From Azolla caroliniana (Eukaryota > Plantae > Polypodiophyta): 64,000 nucleotides of DNA. Below, piece by piece: positions 11,871 through 23,889 of this stretch. Made by a program: the position numbers and the translations under genes. The notes below the pieces were generated by a model. That model saw only the letters and a program-made list of their open reading frames with translations, was not told where the DNA came from and did no database searches. Location: positions 8,804,001 to 8,868,000 of the forward strand of contig JBHGNT010000002.1 in the NCBI GenBank assembly GCA_043228905.1, in the 5' to 3' direction. Numbering within the stretch: position 1 is the first letter of the stretch; every line of letters begins with the position of its first letter.

Positions 11871-12628
11871 GTCTTTTGAAATATTCTCTACATTTAGGAT
11901 TGAAATGCCATTATTAGCCATGTCTCCAACTTTATCAAATATATGATCCCAATTAGTAGGTGTTCTCATTCCTATTTGTTTACTCGTATTCTCCAAAATC
12001 ATGAGTATTCCTTGGTATGTATGGGTGTGTCCTCTTTCACATAACTTTATGGGCGTTTCCTCTTATGAAGTTGCCTTGTATGTTTCACTGTTGATCATTG
12101 AATGTTGTCTCTAATTTGAACCCATTTGTATAGATTGTCGAGGTTTCCACAAACATTAGCGTAAGGTATTATATCCTGCAAGTTTCACTAAGAAATAGTT
12201 TGCATCAACTATAATCACTAATTTTCACTTCCACTTCAAGCATATACACTTCTATAGGATGTTTAAATATGCGTAAGGACTTTCACACCCCAACTTATAA
12301 ATCCAGAGTTCAAATTTAAGTTGGTCGTTCCAAAACTTGATCATGTGTAAAACAAGAAAGCCATTGTGATGTCTGTAAATTTAAATACATTGTGTTAGAG
12401 GATATAATTAGCTTTGTAAATGTACTATAAACTATATGTTTTCCATATTGAGACTTGTTACGTATTAATAATTTGGCAAATTCTACCCCCTGATTGATCA
12501 TATGATATTGGAGTACCCTATTTTGGTAAATAGCCTAAATTTATTCAATTATAAAGGGAATCTAAAAGTAGGATGTGCGATCCTTCCACTTGTGAATGCG
12601 AACGTGTTAATAGTTATTCTGGTGATAT

Positions 12629-12978
12629 TGTCAAGATTCGAACTCTTGACACGACCATGTTATAATCTAATATCATGGGTTAACCAATATATCTAGTACA
12701 CAATTATGTATATAATTGGTCCTTATTGTTTTGCTAGCATCATGTGCATAGTTGCTCCCTTGTAGTATTTACACTTGGCACATGCATGCATACCTACATG
12801 CTCTATTGTAGATTCACATGCGTGCAACAAGTATGCATGCCATGTAGTATAAATAGAGGAGTTCACCTTGAAGGAATTCAAGGTGAACAAAACCAGTTAT
12901 GGAGTCTTTCCGTTAATACTACTCATCCATTTGTCTATCTTCTTTCTTGTCTCTTAAGCTTATGATCTATCCGTGACA
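12629..12978 (+). mobile_element. Solo LTR
   Basis: TGTCA...TGACA termini, perfect 5-bp TSD GATAT (12624-12628 / 12979-12983), internal TATAAATA. Confidence 0.85.
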
Positions 12979-15633
12979 GATATTTACATTCTTTCGAGGA
13001 AGAAGGTTTTTGAGTTTGAAACCCACTCTTTACCCATATGTGAAAATATCATTTTAAAATAGATAAACTACTTCCTTTAGAGGTGGTTTCCCATTGTGTG
13101 CCATTGGGAAAACGGCACTATCAAGCATGCCCGAGCATGCAGGGCTTTGTTGATGAATGTCCACGCAAAGGAACCTTTGCCAAATGGAGAGTACTTAAAA
13201 AGCTAAAGTTTGCCCATGAATGACATAAAGAAAAAAATGCACAAAGCCTTTCGAAGCCAGAATTTGGTCTTGAGTAGTGGGTGTTAAAACCCTACCACCC
13301 ACTAAGTACAACCACAACCTTGTTACACGGATATCCCACTACACACAAGAGCCCACTAGCGAACTCACTTGATTCTCACTAGTGGACTTTGTGCTTCGAA
13401 TCATGAATATCCCTTCTTTGGAAGGAGATTTGTGGACTTTGGTCCCATAGGGGTCAATATGGGCCTTTCTATGAACACTATAAACTATGTAGGATAATAT
13501 AATCCAACCCCTCCAACATGAATCATGGGCCATAAGAGAATACGCCATCTTTGTAAATATGTCTAATATCATACTTCCCATGTCAAAAAGCAAATATTCC
13601 CTAAGATGCAACTCACACACAAACTGACTCTTTGACTAAATTTATAAGTCATTATATTAGAGATGCAATTACATAAGTTACAATTGGATACCCTTTTTTT
13701 AATAGTTATCCATAATAAACAAGATTTTCATTTAATAAGACTAAAAGACAAGGACATGAAAAATGAAAAGATAACATGTAAGAAAAAGATCTAAATCCTA
13801 CAAAAATGTTACAAGAGTGTAGAGAGAAACTAAAATTTATGTACAATAAACATAATTTACATGTTATTATGGTTGCAAAGATTCAATTCCCGCAACAAAT
13901 GCGATTATCATGAATCAAACATGTATGTTGACGTTAAAAATTATTTTTGATGTTTTAGGACCTCATGTAGATAAAATGAATTATTTGGAAACTTTGCAAA
14001 TTTTGCAAGGTTCAAGGAAAAGCCAAGAAAGCTTACGTTGTACCTGGTTTACACATAATGACAATTTCGGGCACAATTTTCTTCATAAACTACATACAAT
14101 TTTAAAATAAATGATATCCCAATTTTGTTTGCATACATGACTTTTTTCACAAATAGAATGCAAGTGGAACAATATAATTTTTACAAATGAAACGAAAAAA
14201 AACAAGATGACATAGAATATTAAAAGCCTCCCTCACATCATAAGCAAGGGCATTATTTGTATGATTGTATGTCAAAGCAAAATGTAGGGGAAAGAAGGGA
14301 AGGAAGGGATCAAGTGACAAACGACACAATTCATACATGGTGTGTATAATCTTACATAATCATCCAAATTAAGAATATAGGGAATTTTGGAAATAACCCA
14401 TAGGTTGTTTAAAGTTAGCGAAACATAAAAAAAATAGCAATCCCTTATCATTAAAGCTCATTGTTGTGATGTCAAACTTACATTAGTATATACTTTACCA
14501 TTTTTCAAATGAATTTGTCTCCTAATTTTTCCTAGATGACCTTAGACATTAGTCTACAATTGCGAAAGATAACATTTGGATGACCATTTCCCAAGGAGGA
14601 GGGATTCAATCAAGTGTTCTATTGGACAATTCTCACCTTGACCATTTGAACCAATGTTAATGTAGATGTCCATGCCAATTGGACTTAAACCATCCACTTG
14701 TCAAGATGCAAATATTAACATTTACCATTGGTAGTAGGTTGATTGAATATAATGCCACTAAAATGGTCTTATTTATTATCGATTGATGATTTAATCTAAC
14801 AGCTTGTGGTCATTTTTAAATAATTCCCTAGAAGTTTCTTTATGCTTAGATGTTTATGTTCTAGATAGGACTATGACAACATGAGAAAAATAAGCAACAC
14901 TACGTGAAGTGTTATGGTTGGAAAATAAAATTTCCACTCATGTTAGATAAATGTAGTGATTGAACATCAATCTGAGAAGTTTGCCAACATCGGGACACCT
15001 ATAGCCAAAAGAGTTTGGCATGAACAATGCCTTAGGAGGCTACCTAGTCATAGTAAAGAATACATATCATGTAAAAATGGTATGGTGTGCTTTGCGCATT
15101 GCTAAATTGACAAAGAAAACTATTAGTTAACACTAGTACAGCTGGAAAACTTCTTGACTTAAATTTGCATTTATTAAACCATAAACCTTAGCTTAGTAAC
15201 ATGGGAAACATGCAAGTAGAAAGCTTCTAATGATAGTAATTGGCTACCAAATATAGTAGTTCCTTTGCTTGCTAATTAACGTTAGGCTAATAAAGATTAT
15301 TGATGATCCATAATTATGATTATTAAATGGATTAAACATTTGCTTTAAAGACCAATGTCACTCATTATTTGTCTTAATTATGCACCAGACCTTAATTTCG
15401 TGTAATTGAGATATTCAAATTTGACATCACATATATAACTAATTTTGAAAACAAAAAACAATGTTTGGAATGAGCTTCATTCTCATTCCAAGACTACCCA
15501 ATCCTTTAGGGCTAACATTCGTCTTTAGTTCAAAATACCCATGTTCGACTTTTTCTAGCAAAAGCTTGAAAAGAAAGCCAATGATTACATCAACATTGGG
15601 ACATAAATATTATATATGTATATATTGTTTGCA

Positions 15634-17568
15634 CTAAGCCGATATACATTGTTGGTCATGCGGATCTCGTTCAAGGTTCTTCACACGATACTTGGCATAT
15701 ATGTCTTGGGAATAGAACTTCCTTGTCCTAATGACAAGGAGCACAGAGACTAGACAACCAATGGCACACACCATGGTCATGATCAAGAATGTCATCCTAA
15801 AGCAATGTACTCCATCGCACACTGAGTCTTTGGTAGAATTTGTTGCACCTTGTCGCCTCGCTTGCTTGTCGTATAAATATCCTGCGACTCTCACATTGAA
15901 TAGATACGAGCCCAATGGGCTAGCTACCCCCACCACATTGTACAAGGTTGCAAAGTATTTCAACCCGAAGACCTCGGATATGACTGCATATAAGGGAGGC
16001 CAAAGTGCCCCGAAGCAAAAACCTACAAGTGCCGATGCCACGTAGAGCGTACCAGGGCCGGGGAATGCAATCATGAGGTGGCCGATACAAGAGAGCGCGA
16101 GGATGATGGTGAGCATGAGGGATCTCGAGAAGCGATAACGGTGGAGTAGGTAGTCGGACCCGAAGCCGGATGCCACACGTCCCAAGAAATTCCATATACT
16201 TATAAGGGAGACACATGTGCTAATGCTAAGGGTTGGGTAGCCTAAGGAAGCACCAATTTGGCCCATATTGTCTATAGCTGCCAATGCAGTCCCAACCCCA
16301 CAAGTGACTGAGATGAGGAGAATCCAGAAGTCTAAGCTCAAGAGTGCCTGGGGTATGGTGAAGTCATCACCTCTCTGAGGCCAGTCCCTCTTGAGGTAGT
16401 TGTGGAGCCTCCTCCTCACTTGGGTTGGCATCCATGTGTTGAGGTGGTATGAGCTTGGCAATGCTCCTGGTTCTAGATCCACTCTTCTAGACCCATCTAC
16501 ATCTTCTCCTTGTTGTTCTTCTTCTTGCTTGTGGTTTGGGTGCCCGGCCATCTCGTGATCGGGACGGGCAGCTTCAGTGTGAGTGGATTTGTCATGGGTA
16601 GGGGGGGTGTTTTTGATTTTGTCATTGCTCTCCACATTGGTCATTTCAAATCCGGAAATGGTTTCTTGCCCGGTGCCACTCTTACCGCATCGGCGGCTGG
16701 TTTCACACTCGGCTCGGACGGCCACTAGCCCATTAGTGCCAACCAAGAGGAGGGTCAAGCAACCCATCACCTTAAAACCAAATGTGGGTAGAGACAAGAC
16801 ATTCTCCAAGATGATGGCAAGCATCAAGAAGCCAGCAAGCAACAAAGCCAAGTAAAGATAAGAAAAGAATTGCTTCTCTTCTTTGATAAGACTACTACTC
16901 CCATCAGGCCCTTCTTCCCTAGAGCTGGAGGGCTCCATGGGCCTAATAAACCACATGAAGATCACAATGATGAGGGAAGGGAGCCAAGCAATGAGAAGAA
17001 CCAGGCTTCTTGTGTCATTGCCATGAGCACCACCATAGAGAGCATGGTAGAATTGAGTGAAAACCGCCCCACTTAGCCCAATACAACCCTTGGTGAGGCC
17101 CAAAACCATGCCTCTACTCCTAGGGAAGTTCTTAACACAAGACACTAAAACAGCTGTGTGCACAAAGGTTTGTGAGTTAGATCCACTATAGATGTAGAGG
17201 TACATGGCCCCAACAGGTGGCCTTGGGACCCTATGGATAATGGATAACCAAATCATCAAGTACCCGAATAGGTTTAGGATCGAACCGAGGGAGAGAACTA
17301 ACCAAGGGGGCAAGACCTCGCTCAATAACCCCGCCACGATCCCGACATTGCCCCCTAGGTCTTTGAAGAAGCTTAACGTGTCGATCGTCTCTTGGTTGTA
17401 ATGAAGCGATGTCTTGATCGAACCCGAGTAGATCCCGAAGATGTATGTGGCCCCCGAGAACAGGAGAATGTAGAACGAGACCGACACCGCCATCCATCTT
17501 CCGGTGACAAGGTTAACAAGGAACCGAATGCTAGGGCGTGTGCCATGGATCTTCGTCTTCTCTTCCAT
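15634..17568 (-). CDS. Major facilitator superfamily protein, nodulin-like / NFD4-like family (intronless)
   Basis: Uninterrupted ORF; first in-frame ATG at 17568 (the ORF track extends to a TTG at 17601). Family motifs: SGATYIFGIYS, FFKDLGGNVGIVAG, TAVLVSCVKNFPRSRGMVLGL, RGDDFTIPQALLSLDFWIL, IDNMGQIGASLGY, SLISIWNFLGRVASG, ISEVFGLKYFATLYN, CDGVHCF. Multiple hydrophobic TM segments in two blocks. Confidence 0.95.
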   Translation of the reverse strand: MEEKTKIHGTRPSIRFLVNLVTGRWMAVSVSFYILLFSGATYIFGIYSGSIKTSLHYNQETIDTLSFFKDLGGNVGIVAGLLSEVLPPWLVLSLGSILNLFGYLMIWLSIIHRVPRPPVGAMYLYIYSGSNSQTFVHTAVLVSCVKNFPRSRGMVLGLTKGCIGLSGAVFTQFYHALYGGAHGNDTRSLVLLIAWLPSLIIVIFMWFIRPMEPSSSREEGPDGSSSLIKEEKQFFSYLYLALLLAGFLMLAIILENVLSLPTFGFKVMGCLTLLLVGTNGLVAVRAECETSRRCGKSGTGQETISGFEMTNVESNDKIKNTPPTHDKSTHTEAARPDHEMAGHPNHKQEEEQQGEDVDGSRRVDLEPGALPSSYHLNTWMPTQVRRRLHNYLKRDWPQRGDDFTIPQALLSLDFWILLISVTCGVGTALAAIDNMGQIGASLGYPTLSISTCVSLISIWNFLGRVASGFGSDYLLHRYRFSRSLMLTIILALSCIGHLMIAFPGPGTLYVASALVGFCFGALWPPLYAVISEVFGLKYFATLYNVVGVASPLGSYLFNVRVAGYLYDKQARRQGATNSTKDSVCDGVHCFRMTFLIMTMVCAIGCLVSVLLVIRTRKFYSQDIYAKYRVKNLERDPHDQQCISA

Positions 17569-17939
17569 ATCAACTGATGCTTGGAGCTGAGATCTAATCA
17601 ATCCATGGGAACATTATATCTTCTTGTTGAGAAAGAGTGATTGATATTTAATTCACAGAGAGAATTTGGGACCACAAGCATTGCCCACATCCTCACACTC
17701 CTTTCTTAGCTTTTTAGTTCTCACTATTATTGAATACGGTAGCGAAGAATGTAAAACCGTATAAAAGGTTGTTGCTACCCTGTCTCACATACCATGGTAT
17801 TAGGATATCTCACTCTCAAATCTCTATACATATACATACATACATACATACATACATACATAATATGTACTAGGAAGTTCTAGGAGATACCGCACATTTA
17901 CACTTATGTTCTGTATGGTTTGTCAGAAGTCAATTCCAT

Positions 17940-18365
17940 TTATAGATATTTCAAACTTGAATCAACATTTCAACTAGCAATCCTAGAGAATCGAGAAACC
18001 TTTTTTTAGCAATAAAAGTCGGAGAAACATTGTAAAGGTTTGAATCCAAAATAAAGGGCTCCTATGAACCATGCTTGTTGGGTTGGTTTGGTTAACCATC
18101 ATTCTAGATGCTTTTACGAATGCCCCACCCACTTGACCTAGATTTCATGGTATTTGGCAATACAAGCATTTGCTTTGTATGTAGGGTTGAATGTGAGCGT
18201 AATGGGTGTTGGGTGTGGGACTGGCCATTATGCTCATGTCCAATGTTAAATAAACAAGTTAACCTTTGAGTGTTGAGTGTCAAAGCTAAAGGGTAGGGTG
18301 GAAGAGTGACAAGCAATCTCTTGAAAGACATGGTACTAGAATGAGGCTTAATATTTGAAGTGTGC

Positions 18366-18404
<39 letters not shown>

Positions 18405-18675
18405 CCTCAATGGGGGGGGGGGGGGGGGGGGGTTATCTTGGGATAATGATCCTCATGTTTATAATAGGGTTAGGCCAACAGTTGTGGTAATGTTGTGATC
18501 TTTAAATATATTATGTAAATGTTATTTTGCAAGAGGAAGGTAAACATTTAGTAAAATTTGAAGAGAGATGATGGGTTGATATATACATGTTTTACCACTA
18601 GACCACGTTCCTAATATCATAATGTAAACAAACATATAATGAGCCACTTGAGCATTGGAATTTGGGCGGAGACAA

Positions 18676-18706
<31 letters not shown>

Positions 18707-19930
18707 AATTATTGGCCATAATAATTATGTATATGTATATGTATATAGTGATGAAATTTGTGGAAATATGTGAGTGGGAGTTCAATAAAAAACACTGATG
18801 CCAGATGGATATATAGAATACTGTATATAGATAGGCTTACAATTTGCAAATATAGAAGGATAAACAATTAAGTGCCCCATAGTCAATGACAATGATTGAA
18901 CTTGGGCGCTATCAACTTTACAACTTTCTATGCTACGGTGTAAACAAGACAAAGACCTCTATAATACGTAATAGAAGACAATACACCCTTGATGATAAGA
19001 TTGGTATTGGAAAGGCAGATAGACAATAATTTTACCCAATAATTCAAAGGGAACATATGAGAGTTCTTGTGCATAGTTGGCACTGGCCCATTTGCATGTG
19101 TGTGTTGGAGACTCTTTCAACTCATTTTCATTTTCATGCATAAAATAATAAGTATAGGAAGTTCTACAAGATAGCCCACAATTATAGGATATTGTATACA
19201 TTTTGTAGAATTGTAGATATTTCAAACATGAATATTCAAAATTTTAACGAGCCATTATAGAGAACAAGGATATCTTTTTTTAGCAAAAGTACTCAAATAA
19301 GCATTGAAAAGGTTTGAATCCATATTAAATGTTTGGAAATAGCAAAATGACTCTCAACTGTCTTCAGATGCTCACTAGTCCATTTCATATGCATCACATT
19401 TGTTGGATGGGTTTGGCCAACCTTCATTCTAGATGCTTTTATGCATGCCCAATTTTACCTAAATCTCATGAAAGTTGGCCACATAAGCATTTGCTTTTGT
19501 ATGTAGTGTTGAACGTTGGATGTGGGACTCACCTTTATGCTCCTATCAAATGGTAAATAGAACAAGTTGTTTATCTTCGAGTGTTGAGTGTCAACGCAAG
19601 AGGGTCATGCTTTTGCTTTTGGGAGGTGGAAGAGTGTAAAAGAAATCTCTTGCAAGAGTTGGAATCAAAGTGATTATTAATAGTTGAAGTGTGCTAAAGA
19701 GAGATATCTTGCAATAGGGATTCTTGTGTTTATAATAGAGTTAGATCAACTACTATTTTTGGTAAATACTCTAATCTAACTTTGGGAGAGAAAGGTAAGG
19801 CATTAGGTAAAGTAGTGCATTTAGTGAGATTTGATAAATACATGTTTTACCAGTAGACAACATCCCTATTACCACAAGGTAGACAATATATAGAATGAGT
19901 GAGTGACCATTGGAATTTGGGTGGTGTGTG
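17940..19930. repeat. Old direct duplication (~17940-18680 vs ~19215-19930) upstream of the MFS gene; the first copy has (GA)n and poly-G tracts
   Basis: Collinear shared blocks: TAGATATTTCAAAC, AAAGGTTTGAATCC, TTCTAGATGCTTTTA, AAGCATTTGCTTT, GAGTGTTGAGTGTCAA, GGTGGAAGAGTG, TGAAGTGTGCTA, TACATGTTTTACCA, CATTGGAATTTGGG. Confidence 0.85.
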
Positions 19931-20602
19931 TCTGTGTGCGCGCTTGTATTGAATTAGGGACAATCAATTCACATGCAACTACTTTTGACAACATTAAGCA
20001 AGAGCCTAGTCTTGTTAAACTTAGAACATTTTTAATATACACGTACATGATTTTGGGTTCATGATCATGTGAGAGATTGATCTATGAATGCTATTATATA
20101 AATTATAAGAGATAGAGAATCGTGTTTTTGTTAAACATTGTTTGCTACTAATGTTTCGAAAAAGGTGAAGTTGTGAACTTGCCAATTGGAAGTACTCCTA
20201 TGAATTTCTAGTTTTTCTCATAAATTCACAATTTTTCATGCATCGTATTGAAATTCTACTAGTGACAAAAGACCAAGATTTATGCCAAACAACCAAAGGC
20301 ATTTTATGCTTTGCATGTGTTGAGAATCAAACTCAACTTCCCGTGAGTGGGAACACACTCTAGGATACTCAAGTGTGTGAACACCCCACCTCCTTATATA
20401 GTAACTAGTGTGTCATAGAAATTAATGTCCTATGACACATATTCCTTAGGTAGTTAAGACACAACCTCTTTCCCAAGAGGTTGTACTAGTGAGAGAACTT
20501 AGAGAGAAGGTGACGACATAAGCACCTTCTCCCTCTCGTTGTAGTTGTTGATTGTTCTTGCTTTCTTTGTAATACAGTTTTCTGATTTTCTGTAATCGTG
20601 AG

Positions 20603-20635
<33 letters not shown>

Positions 20636-23600
20636 CACACACACACAATTCTTCCGTTGCACAAAATCCATCTGATTCTTTACATCGTATCGAAGCGCAT
20701 GGTTGCTTGATCGAAGCCATCGCTTCTGCGTGTGTTGTGCCTGATTCTGAGTTTGACAAGAACCAATTGATCGTTGTAGTAGCCATCTACACAGCTTGCA
20801 ACAAGAAGAAGAAGAAGAAGCTCAACATGAACACACAAATAGGAAGCTCTCTTCCTATAGAAAAGCTTGACAGAAACAACTTTGCATCGTGGGAGTACAA
20901 GATGTACCAATACCTTGTTGTCCAAGGCTACTGCAAACGAGAATCAACCCAACCCAACACATGTCGACTACCCAACTTGGGAGCAAGCGGCGAGTCGTGT
21001 GTTGTACTGCTTTGCATCATGCATCCATGATCACATGCTCGGCTACATCCGAGAGGCCAAAACGTCGAAGGAGGCGTGGGAGAACCTTAAGAAGATTTTC
21101 GTGGCCAACATGACTACAAGAAAGCTTCAACTCCGTCAAGAGTTGAATGGCATACAATACAGGGACATGTCAATCAGCAACTACACCTTTAAGATCAAGG
21201 AGTTGTGCGCGCCCTCGGGTCGATCAATGTTAGCATTCATGATGATGAAATGGTGCAGATTTGCCTCAGAGTCTTAGCACCTCGATTCACGGCCACTTGC
21301 AAGGGAGAATCCTACCTCCTTCGATCTCTAGTCGATGTTGTTGGTCGAGGAGAATCATGTTCGAACAAGAAGCGCAATGTGCAAGAAGGACAGATGCTCT
21401 ATTCGAAATTCGATGGAGGAAGAGGACAAGGTCGAGGAAGAAGAGGCCGATTTGGCCAAGGCTGACACAACCAAGAGCAACCCTGAGAACACAACTTCTA
21501 TTACCGACAAGATGTCTCGAACGCGCGAGGCAGAGCATCCGGAAGGAGGGGGAGCAATCAGGCCGGACCCAACCGTCAAAACAATCTTGCTCAATGCGGA
21601 TCTTGTGGTAAATTCGGCTACTGTGAGGTAGAGTGTCAGAAAAAGAAGAGTGAGTCAGCCTCCACAAGCCGACAACTCACAAACTACGCCCCCAACTCCG
21701 ACTACGATAATCGTGGCGGAATGTTTTTGATGAGGTACAAAGTGCACTTGATGATAGCCTCAAACCCGACCAACACCTCCAAACCAGAAGATGTATGGTT
21801 TGTCGACTCGAGCGCATCGAACCACATGACATCCCACGAGGATTGGTTCAAGGAACTACGAAAGCCCAAACGACCAGGCTATGTGGAAATTGGGGATGAG
21901 ACAATTCACCCCATTCAACATATCGGTAACATCCCATTTGGGGAAGAAGGCAACCAAACATACATCAAGCACTTTTTGCATGTTCCTACAATAACAAAGA
22001 ACCTGGTCTCAGTTGGCCAGATAGTCGAACAAGGCATGCAAGTCCGCTTCAACGATGGAGGATGCTTCATTGAAAAAGAAGGCCGACTCATCACTAGGGG
22101 TCAGAGAGAAGGTCGGATGTTCATCCTTGACTCTCATGAGATGAACTCGGGAATGTATGCCAAGGGCCAGAGAGTTGACGCAGACATAGAGTTGTGGCAC
22201 AAGAGGATAGGCAACATCAATTTCCAAAAACTCAAGGGAATGCAGTCGAAAGGAGTTGTCACAGGACTCCCGACCTTCACCAAAAAGGAAATTGTAGGCG
22301 TGTGTGAAGCTTGTCAATTCGGCAAACAACACTGACAACTATTCCCAAAGGAGAGGAACACAAGCAAAGGGATCATGGATGTAATACATTCAGATGTATG
22401 GGGATAAGCCCAGATGGCAACATTCGGTGGTTGCCGGTACTATGTAACGTTCATCGAAGACTTCTCGAGACATACCTAGATCTACCCCATGTGGCAGAAG
22501 AGCGAAGTGTTTGTACACTTCCAAAGGTTCAAAAACGAAGTCGAAAAGGCAACCGGTCGACATGTCCGATGCCTTTGATTAGACGATGGCAAGGAGTACT
22601 TCTCCGACGCCTTTACAACATATCTTTGACAAGAAGGAATCCAGCGGGAGTTCACCTGCCGACACACACCCCAACAGAACGGAGTAGTCGAACGCAAGAA
22701 TCGGCGCATACTCAAGGTGGCAAGGGCAATGATGAACGAGAAACATCTGCCAAAGCCATATTGGGCTGAAGCGGTGAATACAACCGTTTATCTGATGAAT
22801 CACAGCACAAACATCAGGAGTGCACGAAGTTACCCCTGCAAAAAGTTCTATGGGAAGAAACCGGATCTATCTCATGTTAGGATATTCGGTTCAATTGCAT
22901 ATGTACATAGTGTTGGCATAAAAGGCTGACTCCCTCTACTTTGTATCCTAGTGTGAACTCGTCCACATAGTTAGGGCTTAGTATATAAGCAATAACCTAA
23001 TGTTGTAAAGAAAGATCTTCTTGACCATATATTTTATATCAAGTCTCTGAGAGAGAGAACGTAATAAAGCTTTCCATTAAAGCTCGTTTCTGTGTAAGTC
23101 TCTGCCTTCCTCCCTTTTTGTGTTGTTTTCCGAGTGAGCAAACAGGTTCTCATACGCTTCCACATACGCACACACCTACCAACTTTCCACAAATGGTATC
23201 AGAAACGACCTTGTTGTTCAGCAGCAACAGAAAACAGAAGAAGCTCAAAAGAAAAAGACGAGGTCAATAAAAAAATCTCACCTTTCATAGAAGAATATGG
23301 CTTCAACATTCGGAACTAGAGTTGAAATCAGAAAGTTCGATGGCAAAAAATTTGCACTATGGAAGGAGATGATGCAGGATGTTCTGATCATCAAAAGACA
23401 AGTCAAAGCTATTCGACACAGTGAAAAACCTGCTTCGATGACAACTGAAGCGTGGAAATCGATGGACGAAATTGCACGCTCCACCATCCAAATGCATCTG
23501 GCCGAAAACGTCTACTTCAGCATGGAAAAAGAGACGACAACGTTATCACTATGGGAAAAGTTACAACATGTGTACGAGAAGAAGTCCTCATCTTCAAAAC

Positions 23601-23889
23601 TAATTTTGATCAAACAACGTTTCAAGGAATCGAGGACGACCCAAATCGGACTGCTCTCCAGTCGGGAACCAAATCAACGTTGCCGACTCCCGATCCAGAG
23701 AAGTTCTCTCATTAGAGGATTCAGTGATCGGAGAAGTCCTCTACAGTGCACAGGATGCACACACGTGGCTACTGGATTCTGGTGCCACATTCCATGTGAC
23801 CCCCAACATTGAATGGTTTTCGGACTATTCAACCGACACCAATGGCACAGTCCATTTAGGCAACGGGCAGGAGTGCAGAATTGCCTACG

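Noticed and set aside
17569-17606. N-terminal extension of the MFS ORF to 17601 and an upstream ATG at 17606
   Set aside because: 17601 is a TTG start, unlikely in a plant nuclear gene. The 17606 ATG is out of frame and stops after two codons.
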